From an uncultured Planctomycetaceae bacterium (GTDB lineage: Bacteria > Planctomycetota > Planctomycetia > Planctomycetales > Planctomycetaceae): 63,964 nt of DNA. The notes below the pieces were generated by a model. It ran no database searches and had not been told where the DNA came from. It saw only the letters and a list, made by a program, of their open reading frames with translations. A program made the translations under genes and the position numbers. Of the stretch, positions 54,701 through 62,481 are shown one piece after another (position 1 is the stretch's first letter; each line of letters starts with the position of its first letter). The stretch lies in the NCBI GenBank assembly GCA_964431285.1, contig CAYSJO010000896.1:1-63964 (forward strand). The letters run 5' to 3'.

Positions 54701-56708
54701 CCACTCAGTTCCGCGTGAGTCAGTGGTCTACGTAAATCGTCCAACAGAGGGCCTGATTCGCATTCTTGAATCGAAGGTCATTCCGCCTCCGGAAGGGTCC
54801 AAGCAACGGCCAGGTTTCATATATCAGATTCCGAAAGCCGAACAGCTCGCCGACGCCGGAGAGGTTGCAGCACTGGGTCCTGAAGAGGCCGAACCAGGTG
54901 AAACGGAACCGGCCGGGACAGAGCCGGGCGAGACGGAGCCAGCCGGAACCAAACCCGATTCCGAGGCCACTCCGACGACCGCCGGCGAGACTGAACCGGC
55001 TGCCGACTCCGATGCGGCGACACTTATCACGACAAACGTAGCGTTTGAAGCTCCGTTGACCGTCGAGGTGATTGATCCTGATGCCGCGAAAGACAGCGAG
55101 AGTGAAATCACGGTGCGGCTGACAACCACTGATGGAGCAACCGTTGATGTGCTTTGTCGGATTTCATCGGCATTCACAAATGTGCCGAACATCGACGGTG
55201 AGGACTGGGCTCTCGAAGAGGGTCGATTCGTTGGACAGATCGTGATGCAGCTTGGTTCGAAGGCCAGCCCGGTCGTCGTGCCAGTCACGTCTGAGATGCC
55301 ACGAAGTCTGATTGGTGGTGGGATACTGGCCGAGGAAGAGGGCATGTCGAATATGGACATGGGCCTTGTGGCGGCCGTGCTCAACCTGACGGGCAAAGAC
55401 CGAATTACAGGAACTTACAACGATGAGCGACGGCCGGACGGTAAACCAGCCGCCCTGCCGAGCTATGGCCGTTTGATCTCCAACGGTGAACTGGCGTCGG
55501 TCGATCGCGACTACGACAAGCCGGTAGAGAGCCTGCATGTTGGCGAAAAACTGTTCCTGGTCGTTACTGATCCTGATCAGGACTCATCCGACGAACGGGA
55601 CATGGTCGACATCGAGATCACGTCTGAGTTTGGTGAGAAAGAGTCGGTCCAGTTGACTGAAACGCTTGCTCACAGTGGAGTTTTCACTGGCTCGCTGACC
55701 TTGAAGTCGACCGAGGAACCGACGGCCGGCAACATCGAAGCGAACAACCCACACGTCGAAGCGTACTTCGGTGACACATTGACCGTGACGTATCTCGATC
55801 CGGCAGCGAGCAACGACGAGGGCCAGCTCGAATTGACGACAACATTACCTGTTGTCATCGGGACGGATGGCCTTGTGTCAGCATTCAGCAAGACGTTCAA
55901 CAACGAAACACTAGCCGTCGAAACGCGTTTCCACATTGCCGAGAGTTACTTCGAACTCTTCAAGAGCCACAAGAATCTGGGACGTCAGGAAGAATCCGCT
56001 ATCGATCTCGACGCCGGTCGTCGTGTGCTTCGAGAAGTGATGGAAGACTTCCCCGATCCGAAGTACCAGCCGCGAATTCTGTACCTGCTGGGTCAGTTCG
56101 CTCAGGAGCTTGGGGGCATCGAAGAAGCCACTGATTCCTACGAACAGATCGTGCGACAGTTCCCGGAGCATCCACTTGCTTCGGACGCACAGTACAAGCT
56201 GGCTCAGACGTACGAAGAGGCCGGTGACTTTGACGAAGCTCTGGAAGCTTATGTCACGCTGGCGGCGACGTATCCGAAGAGTCCGCTGATCGCGAACGTG
56301 ATGATTCGTATCAGCGATCACTTCTACAAAGGTGAGGAGTACCCGATCGCTGCAGAAGTCGGCAAGAAGTTCCTCGAAAAGTTTGAGGGACATCAGTATG
56401 CGTCGCGAATGGCGTTCCGCGTTGGCCAGTGCTACTACAAGGCAGAGGACTACACGGTGGCGGGCAAGTCGTTCGACGAGTTTGCCAAGATTTTCCCGGA
56501 CGATGACCTGGCGTCAGACTCTCTGTTCTGGGCTGGTGAATCATTCCGCATGGCCAGCAACAACCGCGACGCGTTCCGTCGGTACAACCGATGCCGCTGG
56601 GATTATCCGGCCAGCGATGCAGCCAAGTATGCCCGCGGTCGACTGGCACTGCCTGAAATGCTTCAGCAATTTGAGGCGGAAGCCAACAGCGTCGAGGACA
56701 ACAACTAA
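48735..56708 (+). CDS. giant secreted TPR - multidomain beta region - TPR protein (about 2657 aa)
   Basis: ATG at 48735 gives the signal-like MSRVLNAVFIAGLLAVTFPLSAQE; the ORF-track start at 48519 overlaps the previous gene. About 1150 aa of helical TPR-like sequence come first. Then at least five copies of the same beta-module as the upstream gene, plus discoidin-like, PA14-like and CBM-like segments. C-terminal YbgF-like TPRs. Confidence 0.8.
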   Translation: MSRVLNAVFIAGLLAVTFPLSAQETGDTPPADDSGGIDAVSQEATRLEGELGKYKDTAPEAGEALFKLTELYHSNGRSFGLVRAAQRFVAARPTDTRHAAVMLRLADGLETLARHKEFTVIARQFLTRYPSAPECAAMEERLAVSLEKTDQREDAAVVYQNRWRREQNPNGRKWGVRACRLFSQLGNANIVIGAELAEEMFDKLPKDEFARSMGERSYWEWRRASQWAKANGMGGKLVKSNLVRQPEKKREILRTMAENYRSLGQYTNAVEVLKQVRAIRDDQWSLNYHIQSLYDSAVPAAQMQAPVQEYLREHPKRMDRYERIGLLALAFNRENNPQQALKLFRSLLGVIPATHSVASHFVQLNGTDPARLVDTEKALRAAIAQCDAANPSQTWALRYQLGISLFRDRLKDNAKAKVALREFIQKSPTNDGNVWNAISWLLSNAENDSEFRSDAAMIMKVRRQYPHWSNLRSYPGNWAKTALMSKEPGVSARGALLQNLVDQSAKDPVFQLISQFRTSATNEREGQLRAKLGEPALFNTYSLEAKRWNLYELGSYYQRYSPGEQRKLSPGYWGRLIELFPKEPSYRYSYLSDATDYGTPEEAKEAALKILELEPTGVSPDVWRRIAMAGDKNMDADLVRKAVAYAKKSYATFGVTNHQYLTGIGDTLLRMELENEAVALWSEVAKPGLTGGEARDSASKLLAKMEDPRQKIAFLKQRFLQDTDNFARYGSWLGDLQLRTGDVAGFESTMRQLKKRMDDRPFRPTDINAYDLHYALHYYRTSHADYRVNPEVENTPENIARVDRAIADVQYDWPSAQAALFLLEAEEPGTQKPMNRLLAWQRVTQQIHGDSHRWDQLIGFASRAIVANDYSVAATLLTGMLENFKATEVGRLQRGRTMVGQCYARLGSVGLTIDENSPLAPLLQAALYLRLGDERLALDTYVANKALYDQHRDEVPVDLTVFICENMLAAGGEENHNKVEDILRGWIIKNSELTTVKDDIKAQIQFLLAKNFFGSRRFDVARSEYQTVIDRYPETVFAVEAEFGIGETFMAQKVYDQAELVFEKLANSRDSEIIVRAEFLRGVLSHRRGDNEEARDIFRTVLERVPNIDLANQALYNLAEVYGDEERYMDQLQLLMTVGRLGRVSKRQHAPGLPLSIVVQDSDLGISRGHNRIPVIITTVPGGDEELVYLTSGGAGKGLFRADVDTELGPITKGDRVLQLTGKDTIKSDYPDEFKSEFKSVPLSDVEIRIAADGQFEVASSKIIDEEEESFSDRLEREAREEELADARQSQQRPTNQIKPGNPIYLRVKDADRDLGDEKDTIVTKLVADSGDQVQVTLNETEPHSGIFEGYAKTGELPAGALATDTAIDHNPLMSIDRDPATFWLSEPDGATPKLLTVDMKDLKSVSRVKFHTPKPDENAPVRAELQASYDGQFWFRVAAHPAIPNAPKVGTEDYGAMKFRLYRGNTTSYTTWQQVLSLANGEPLQESEVVDGQLVWNRPEVDEADKNPMSYVTGVWYGKFVQQKSGAVRFAPRGTRTGMSVNGRLEMELGPGNRTVDVWLDKGVHDLTIFCSAHPNQQILEVVRARSDLNRQQIVFSPFLTSDFDLSQFAPPEVAAADTGPTDGETTAEEGQPTPAEPEADVTLDLETVQLAKTTEQFAVTEPADLPKSIGFWQNLEDVASWEFDAPAGIYDVWLEYAHQYGSARVRVELGDQRFTAPVPATGNYSTYRKERFGTIVIDEPGKAKLVVRPDTLGNGVLMNLRKVELRAASGTRVVLADTSWEFRFDPHDVRYTRLVINEYLGEAVAISHIEVSGEDIKAPFIPTESDVLALAQNDQLEIAGGDVVTATYTDEVTQINSGASRLLAGKLQATYFNGSVSPIAYDFIRQNNGAVANVRKRLKRVDPGERVTVEITDYDRDISVSRDKLQFEVSVNDGEPITLTATETEENTGLFTKEVDTAAVAEGDKLVVKEGDRINIKYIDEQNTFPGHSVPRESVVYVNRPTEGLIRILESKVIPPPEGSKQRPGFIYQIPKAEQLADAGEVAALGPEEAEPGETEPAGTEPGETEPAGTKPDSEATPTTAGETEPAADSDAATLITTNVAFEAPLTVEVIDPDAAKDSESEITVRLTTTDGATVDVLCRISSAFTNVPNIDGEDWALEEGRFVGQIVMQLGSKASPVVVPVTSEMPRSLIGGGILAEEEGMSNMDMGLVAAVLNLTGKDRITGTYNDERRPDGKPAALPSYGRLISNGELASVDRDYDKPVESLHVGEKLFLVVTDPDQDSSDERDMVDIEITSEFGEKESVQLTETLAHSGVFTGSLTLKSTEEPTAGNIEANNPHVEAYFGDTLTVTYLDPAASNDEGQLELTTTLPVVIGTDGLVSAFSKTFNNETLAVETRFHIAESYFELFKSHKNLGRQEESAIDLDAGRRVLREVMEDFPDPKYQPRILYLLGQFAQELGGIEEATDSYEQIVRQFPEHPLASDAQYKLAQTYEEAGDFDEALEAYVTLAATYPKSPLIANVMIRISDHFYKGEEYPIAAEVGKKFLEKFEGHQYASRMAFRVGQCYYKAEDYTVAGKSFDEFAKIFPDDDLASDSLFWAGESFRMASNNRDAFRRYNRCRWDYPASDAAKYARGRLALPEMLQQFEAEANSVEDNN
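54891..54950 (+). repeat. 2 x 30-nt in-frame tandem repeat encoding EPGETEPAGT twice
   Basis: gaaccaggtgaaacggaaccggccgggaca / gagccgggcgagacggagccagccggaacc. The peptides are identical. 8 of 10 codons differ, all at synonymous third positions. Confidence 0.75.
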
Positions 56709-56728
56709 GTAGCAGGCGAAAGTGCTGC

Positions 56729-56767
56729 ACAGGCAGGCGGGATGTTGAATTCCGCCTGCCTGTTTTC
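56729..56767 (+). terminator. rho-independent terminator after the giant gene
   Basis: Perfect 12-bp stem ACAGGCAGGCGG / CCGCCTGCCTGT, 11-nt loop, then TTTTCG. Confidence 0.7.
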
Positions 56768-56873
56768 GTAGCTACATGAGCGATCATGGCGTCTTGCGTG
56801 TAAGTTCTCTGGACGCGTCGCCACTCGATTGCGCACACTCGATCGCACGTAAGTCGTCCTGAGCCAAAAGGTT

Positions 56874-58313
56874 TTGATCATGCTCACGATCCCCGGCCCG
56901 CGTTCGCAGTACTGTGACGGAATGTCACGGCGAAACTGGTTGCAAATTGGCGGTCTGGCGATGGGTGGCCTGTCGCTTCCCGCGATCCTGCGAGCGGAAT
57001 CGGCGAGCCAGTTGTCGCGCAACGAACCGGGCAACAAGCGACGTGCCAAAGGCATCATTATGGTGCTTTTGCCTGGTGGGCCGTCGCATATGGACATGTA
57101 CGATTTGAAGCCTGAGGCTCCTTCCGAAGTCCGGGGAGAGTTTCAACCGATCGAAACGCGTGTCCCAGGTATCGACATTTGCGAATTGATGCCGCGGCTG
57201 GCAGGCATGACCGATAAGCTGACGATCATTCGGTCGCTGATGGGTTTTCTCAATGACCACAACACCCACTGGTGTACGACGGGTTGGGAATCTCATCCTC
57301 CGATGCGATCATCGCCCATCGTCCAAGGATATCCGCCTGGCGACTGGCCGACAATTGGTGCGATATTGTCGCGACAATTCGGCCCGCGAGTAACGGGAGT
57401 GCCTCCGTCGGTCGATTTATCGCCAGTAGACCCGGATGCGAGATTCATCATGCGAACCTCGCCGGGTCAGCCAGGTTATTTGGGAGCTGCTCACGCCGGG
57501 TTCGAAGTTCAGGCTGTGGACCGACGTAACATCATGCTCAATGGAGTCGACCTGCCCCGCCTGGGAGATCGACAGGCATTGCTGAGCAGTTTTGATCGAT
57601 TCCGGCGGGACGTAGATCGCAGTGCGCCGACGGATGGAATCGACGAGTTTCATCGGCAAGCGATCGAGATGCTGACCTCTCCGCGTCTTGCCGAGGCCCT
57701 CGACCTGAGCCGAGAGGAGCCCGGAGTTCTGAATCGGTACGGCCTTGATGCCAGCTACCCGAACGAACGAGACGGAAAAACGCTGCTGGACCAGTTTCTG
57801 CTGGCTCGTCGAGTGATTGAAGCAGGGGCTCGCTGTGTCACATTGGCCTTCAGCCGCTGGCCGTTCGGTCGGATGCTGACCGGCGACTACAACTGGGACT
57901 GGCACAGAGATAACTTCAAAGAAGCCCGTGGTGCTCTGCCGCTGTTTGACATCGGCGTCTCGGCGTTGATTCAGGATCTGGAAGAACGCGGACTGCTGGA
58001 CGACATCGCCGTCGTCGCATGGGGAGAATTCGGCCGCACGCCGAAGATCAACGGAAATGCTGGCCGGGATCACTGGCCAAACGTCGGCGGCGCGCTGCTG
58101 GCTGGCGGCGGCCTGCAGTGCGGCCAGGTCATTGGCTCCAGCACACGACTGGGTGAGGAACCACTCAACCGGCCAGTCCATTTCCGCGAGGTCTTTGCTT
58201 CGCTGTACGAACGGCTGGGAATCGATGTCGCGACGACACAGTTCAACGATCTTGGGGGTCGACCTCAGTACCTGGTCGGTGATCACCGACCAATGCCAGA
58301 GCTGATCGGGTGA
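56874..58313 (+). CDS. DUF1501 domain protein (second copy, no adjacent DUF1549/1553 partner)
   Basis: N-terminus MLTIPGPRSQYCDGMSRRNWLQIGG, typical of planctomycete DUF1501. LLPGGPSHMDMYDLKPEAP, WGEFGRTPKINGNAGRDHWP, LAGGGLQCGQVIGSST. Confidence 0.9.
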   Translation: MIMLTIPGPRSQYCDGMSRRNWLQIGGLAMGGLSLPAILRAESASQLSRNEPGNKRRAKGIIMVLLPGGPSHMDMYDLKPEAPSEVRGEFQPIETRVPGIDICELMPRLAGMTDKLTIIRSLMGFLNDHNTHWCTTGWESHPPMRSSPIVQGYPPGDWPTIGAILSRQFGPRVTGVPPSVDLSPVDPDARFIMRTSPGQPGYLGAAHAGFEVQAVDRRNIMLNGVDLPRLGDRQALLSSFDRFRRDVDRSAPTDGIDEFHRQAIEMLTSPRLAEALDLSREEPGVLNRYGLDASYPNERDGKTLLDQFLLARRVIEAGARCVTLAFSRWPFGRMLTGDYNWDWHRDNFKEARGALPLFDIGVSALIQDLEERGLLDDIAVVAWGEFGRTPKINGNAGRDHWPNVGGALLAGGGLQCGQVIGSSTRLGEEPLNRPVHFREVFASLYERLGIDVATTQFNDLGGRPQYLVGDHRPMPELIG

Positions 58314-58329
58314 GGATTCCTGGCGACGA

Positions 58330-61300
58330 CTACAACAGATCGCCAAGACCGTCGAATCCCGTGTACAGACTGTCCAGGTCGTGCGCCGTGACTTCACGAC
58401 GGATACCGGTCTCCAGTGTGTGCTCCATCAGACCACCATCGTGCTGATGGGTGAGTCCAAGGATGTGCCCCAGCTCATGAGCGATCACGGTTAGCAGGTC
58501 ATAGCGATGGGCCACGTCGGATCCTTCAGCCCCAGACTGAAACTCGGTGCTGTCCTGGGGAGTGGAGTCAACGAACCATCCGGCACCTGCCGCATTGACG
58601 TCCACGAAGATCCGGTTGCCCGCAGCCAGACCGAGTTGTTGACCGGGCAAATCCCGAATGACAACTTCGACGGACTGCAATTCCGTAACAGATGTGTCAT
58701 CCAGGCCCGCTGATTCAAACTGCTGGATGGCGGCAGTCTTAAGTTGATTCGCGTCCTCGTTGTCGACGACGGGAACGGGTGACTCACTGGGCGCGACCTC
58801 GGAAGTGGCCAGCAGCGTGGATCCGCCTGTGTGAAAGTCCGGGGCATAGATCTGCCCACCGGTCGAACTGATCGAGCGCCCCAGATTGCTGGCGAACAGT
58901 GAGATATCCGCAAAATCAACCGATCCTCCTCGATCGAAGTCGGCCCGAAACGCAGAGGGATTGCCGCTCGTCGTGGTACTGAAAACGGCTGCCAGTGCCG
59001 GCAGGTCACCAAACCCGATGCTGCCATCGTCATCCAGGTCGTACAGGACCGGCCAGATTTCAGTTGTGAGACCGCTGACGTTGAGCGCCGTTGCTGTTCC
59101 TCCGCCGCTCAGCGCGACCGTGATGTTTTCTGCGTCGAATCGGTCGTCGATCGTCGGCGAGACGTATTGGTTCAACAGATTGTTCGGAAGCTCGACTTGC
59201 ACGCTCAGGGAAACACGCGCGAACAGGACGAACGTGTCGACGCCCGCGTCGGTACGAGCTGTGTCGAGGTCCAGCGTAATGCGACCATTGCCTGGCGTGT
59301 TGTCCACACTCGAACCTGAGTTTCCCTCAAACGAGGCTCCGAAGGCGACCGCGTCAACAGTATAGAAGTTGGACTGGTACGGGATTTCGATGTGTGCGGT
59401 ATCAACACCGCTGGTCGACTCGGTAACTTTGCCCCACACTTCCAGAAAGAATTCGTCCCATTCATCCAGGAAATCGGCATTCGGCGGCAGCACGGTGGCT
59501 TCGCCATTTCCGTCGGTCGCGGTCGCAACGTGAGCGATTCTGAGTTCCGTCTGCAGTGACCCCGAGCCATCATTGTCGCGAATTGTGATCGTATGCGTGT
59601 CGCGGCTTTCATCGATCGACACGCTGCCATTGATGCTGTTGCTCAACCCACCCAGCCCCAGCGATATCGTCTCACTGGCTTCCTCAATGGCGTCATCTTC
59701 GATCACCACCCCAACGTTTTTCGTTTCTGATGTCGTGTTGAACATCACTTGCGCGGGGCTGTTAAATATAAAGTCGCTCGATCCAGCTGAGCCGGTCTGG
59801 AGGTCCGCAACATTAACGGTCAGGGGGGACGCCAGTGTTCCTGAATTCGCTTGTCCATTTGCCGTAATCGTCAGTCTGACAGCGACGTTTTGCGTCCCAT
59901 CAGACTCTGACAGACTGCTCGTCACGGCGTCGAATGCGACCACGGCTGTATCGTTGTCATCGAATATGCCGATGGCCGTATCGGCCGACCCGATGGTGTA
60001 GCCCGGAGCAGCTGTCAGTGTCATCACAACGTTTTCGTCGCCTTCGACAACCGTGTCACTTACCGCGGTCAGCGACACGGTTGCTGACGATTCACCATCA
60101 GCAATGGTCACCGTTCCTGTTCCGCCACTGAACGAATCCGCTCCCGATACGGTGTAATCCGTTGTCAAAGCCGCCGACCCTGCGACGCTGAAGTTAAGCG
60201 TGACGTCACCCGTGCTGCCAGTCCTCGCAAAGGTGTAAACGAGTGATCCGCTGCTTTCCTCACCAACACTGGCTGCCGGAACGGTCACTTCCACAAGTGC
60301 TTCGATCAGGAGCCGGGCCTGTCCTTGAGTCAGGAGCTGGTATTGCACTCCATCAACGGTCGTGCCGCCTCCGCCTGTCCAGCCGGACCCGACATTGACG
60401 GTGTCCACCACATCGAGACGGACCCTGAGCTCATTGGATGTGCCGCTGATATTGAGTACTTCAGACACGTTGAGTGTCAGTGTGTTGGCGCCTTCTCCCC
60501 GCAGGTCAATTCCCTCGATGTCGACGATTCGACTGTCAGCGATCTTCGTCAGATCGAGGTTGCCGGAGAATGCCGCGGAGCCACCGAGCTTAAGCGTGTC
60601 GACACCTGTGCCTCCGTCGAATCGGTATGCCGTTCCGATGTTACCGGTTGCGATCCCCAGAACATCGTTGCCCTGGCCGCCGATCAAGACATCGGCTCCG
60701 CCGTCTGCGTTGAGTACGTCATCACCTTGACCACCGATGAGGCGGTCGACTGAAGTGGCTCCCCGCGTGGCATTCAGAGTATCGGATTTACTAGACCCCG
60801 AGTCGGTTCCAATCTGAGTCTCGCTGCCGGCCGTAAAGCCGCCTCCAAAGACGACATACCCAGTGCCAACTGTGAAGTTCAGACCGACATTGACCTTTGG
60901 TGCTCCGATCAACAGGTCCTCGAAGCCATCGCCGTTGATGTCGCCGGCGCCGCTGACTGCTTGTCCTGCGTAGTCTCCGCGCACCTCACCATCCAGGCGG
61001 AATCCATTTTCACCATCGAGATACGCCGTGGCGTCGGGGTTTGATTCGGTTGTAATTCGCAGGTTTACGTCCGCCGGGAAGTCGGTCGTCTGACCAAACA
61101 GGACGTAGGCGCGTCCAGTGCCTATTTGGACCTCATTGCTGGAATTGTACTCAGCGTTTGGCGCACCGATGAGGATGTCGTCGAGCCCGTCGCCGTTGAT
61201 GTCTCCGACTCCACTGGCGGCCTTCCCGATGTAGTCGTACGAGTTGTCGCCCGGGATTCGGAAGCCGTCGCTGCCGTTCAGGCTGGCAACACTGATCGGA

Positions 61301-62481
61301 TTGGTCACAGGTTCCGACTGCCCGAAGATCACATAGGCTTCCCCTACTGAATACTTACCACCCGCGCTTGCATATGATGCAGTGGCAATCAAATCGGCGA
61401 AGCCATCGCCGTTGATATCTCCAAGAGTGTCCACCACACGGCCAACGTAATCACCAACAATTCTGAAACCATCGGCGCTGGAAAGCGTGGTCAGATCGAT
61501 TGGGGCAGTGACTGCTGCACTGCGTCCGAAGACGACGTAAGCGCGTCCCTGGTCGTCGTAATAGTCTCCCACGACAACATCATCGAATCCGTCGCCATTG
61601 ATGTCCGCTGCTCCGGCAACCGACGTTCCGGCATACCCGGCACGGGTTGCGTTGCTGAACATCCTGAAACCATCGCTGGTGGTCAGGCTGTCGAGGTTGA
61701 TCGCAGGGTTGAAACCGCTGGCTTTACCGAAAACGACGTATGCACGCCCAGCCTGTTCATACGTAACGGATGGCGCTCCGACAATGACGTCGTCGAGGCC
61801 GGCACCGTTGAAATCACCCGCTGCAGACAGGCTGTTGACTGAGTTTGTTCCTCCTGAGTCGTCGAGACGGAATCCGTCAGAGCCGTCAAGTGCCGACAGG
61901 TCGAGCGATGTCCCAAAACTGGCCCGACCAAAGATGACCCACACGCTGCCGCCGCTCTGATACGGGGTGCCCGATGCGAGTCCAAAATCAGAAAAACCGT
62001 CGCCATTCACGTCGCCCAGGTCACTGGCGATAGGTACTTCACCAACGTCGTCGACTCGAAACCCATTGTCCCCTGTCAGGTCATCCACACTCAGCGTGGC
62101 CGAAAAACTGCCGGGATTCCCGAAGACAACGTACGCATCCCCACTTGAGTCGACTCCCGGACCTGTGAGCACGAAATCTTCGAAACCGTCGCCATTAATG
62201 TCGCCGACTCGGCTAATTGACTCGCCCACACCTGCACTGGTTTCGGCTCCATTGACACGAAATCCCGCCGGATTCGTACTGCTGGGATTAAGCGATCCAA
62301 GGTCAACCGGATTGGGCGCCGTAAGCAATGTTCGTTGCTCGAGGTGCTCAATCTGTGCACTTGTCCGACCCCGTCGGGGACCGACGAAGCCATCCATCCG
62401 GCTCATGCGGGGTTGCGCACGACGCTGGATGAAACTGCTTCTCAGAATGCACAGCCAGTCATTAAGCCGCATTTGAGCCAA
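58330..62481 (-). CDS. giant FG-GAP repeat / RTX-like / Calx-beta / dockerin-like protein with C-terminal metzincin motif
   Basis: N-terminal LEQRTLLTAP motif. More than 10 FG-GAP loops (GDINGDGFEDFVL, GDVNGDGFSDFGL, ADINGDGFDDVVV ...). GGQGDDVLNADGGADVLIGGQGNDVL. Calx-beta-like segments (LNFSVAGSAALTTDYT, ETISLGL...ITIRDND). DLDDDGSIGFGDL...ADFDRGGSVDFADI. HELGHILGLTH at 58447-58479. Confidence 0.85.
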   Translation of the reverse strand: MAQMRLNDWLCILRSSFIQRRAQPRMSRMDGFVGPRRGRTSAQIEHLEQRTLLTAPNPVDLGSLNPSSTNPAGFRVNGAETSAGVGESISRVGDINGDGFEDFVLTGPGVDSSGDAYVVFGNPGSFSATLSVDDLTGDNGFRVDDVGEVPIASDLGDVNGDGFSDFGLASGTPYQSGGSVWVIFGRASFGTSLDLSALDGSDGFRLDDSGGTNSVNSLSAAGDFNGAGLDDVIVGAPSVTYEQAGRAYVVFGKASGFNPAINLDSLTTSDGFRMFSNATRAGYAGTSVAGAADINGDGFDDVVVGDYYDDQGRAYVVFGRSAAVTAPIDLTTLSSADGFRIVGDYVGRVVDTLGDINGDGFADLIATASYASAGGKYSVGEAYVIFGQSEPVTNPISVASLNGSDGFRIPGDNSYDYIGKAASGVGDINGDGLDDILIGAPNAEYNSSNEVQIGTGRAYVLFGQTTDFPADVNLRITTESNPDATAYLDGENGFRLDGEVRGDYAGQAVSGAGDINGDGFEDLLIGAPKVNVGLNFTVGTGYVVFGGGFTAGSETQIGTDSGSSKSDTLNATRGATSVDRLIGGQGDDVLNADGGADVLIGGQGNDVLGIATGNIGTAYRFDGGTGVDTLKLGGSAAFSGNLDLTKIADSRIVDIEGIDLRGEGANTLTLNVSEVLNISGTSNELRVRLDVVDTVNVGSGWTGGGGTTVDGVQYQLLTQGQARLLIEALVEVTVPAASVGEESSGSLVYTFARTGSTGDVTLNFSVAGSAALTTDYTVSGADSFSGGTGTVTIADGESSATVSLTAVSDTVVEGDENVVMTLTAAPGYTIGSADTAIGIFDDNDTAVVAFDAVTSSLSESDGTQNVAVRLTITANGQANSGTLASPLTVNVADLQTGSAGSSDFIFNSPAQVMFNTTSETKNVGVVIEDDAIEEASETISLGLGGLSNSINGSVSIDESRDTHTITIRDNDGSGSLQTELRIAHVATATDGNGEATVLPPNADFLDEWDEFFLEVWGKVTESTSGVDTAHIEIPYQSNFYTVDAVAFGASFEGNSGSSVDNTPGNGRITLDLDTARTDAGVDTFVLFARVSLSVQVELPNNLLNQYVSPTIDDRFDAENITVALSGGGTATALNVSGLTTEIWPVLYDLDDDGSIGFGDLPALAAVFSTTTSGNPSAFRADFDRGGSVDFADISLFASNLGRSISSTGGQIYAPDFHTGGSTLLATSEVAPSESPVPVVDNEDANQLKTAAIQQFESAGLDDTSVTELQSVEVVIRDLPGQQLGLAAGNRIFVDVNAAGAGWFVDSTPQDSTEFQSGAEGSDVAHRYDLLTVIAHELGHILGLTHQHDGGLMEHTLETGIRREVTAHDLDSLYTGFDGLGDLL

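Noticed and set aside
57417-58397. 326-aa minus-strand ORF
   Set aside because: Lies entirely antisense to the well-supported DUF1501 gene (56874-58313). Arg/Ser/Pro-rich composition typical of shadow ORFs in GC-rich DNA. No motif.
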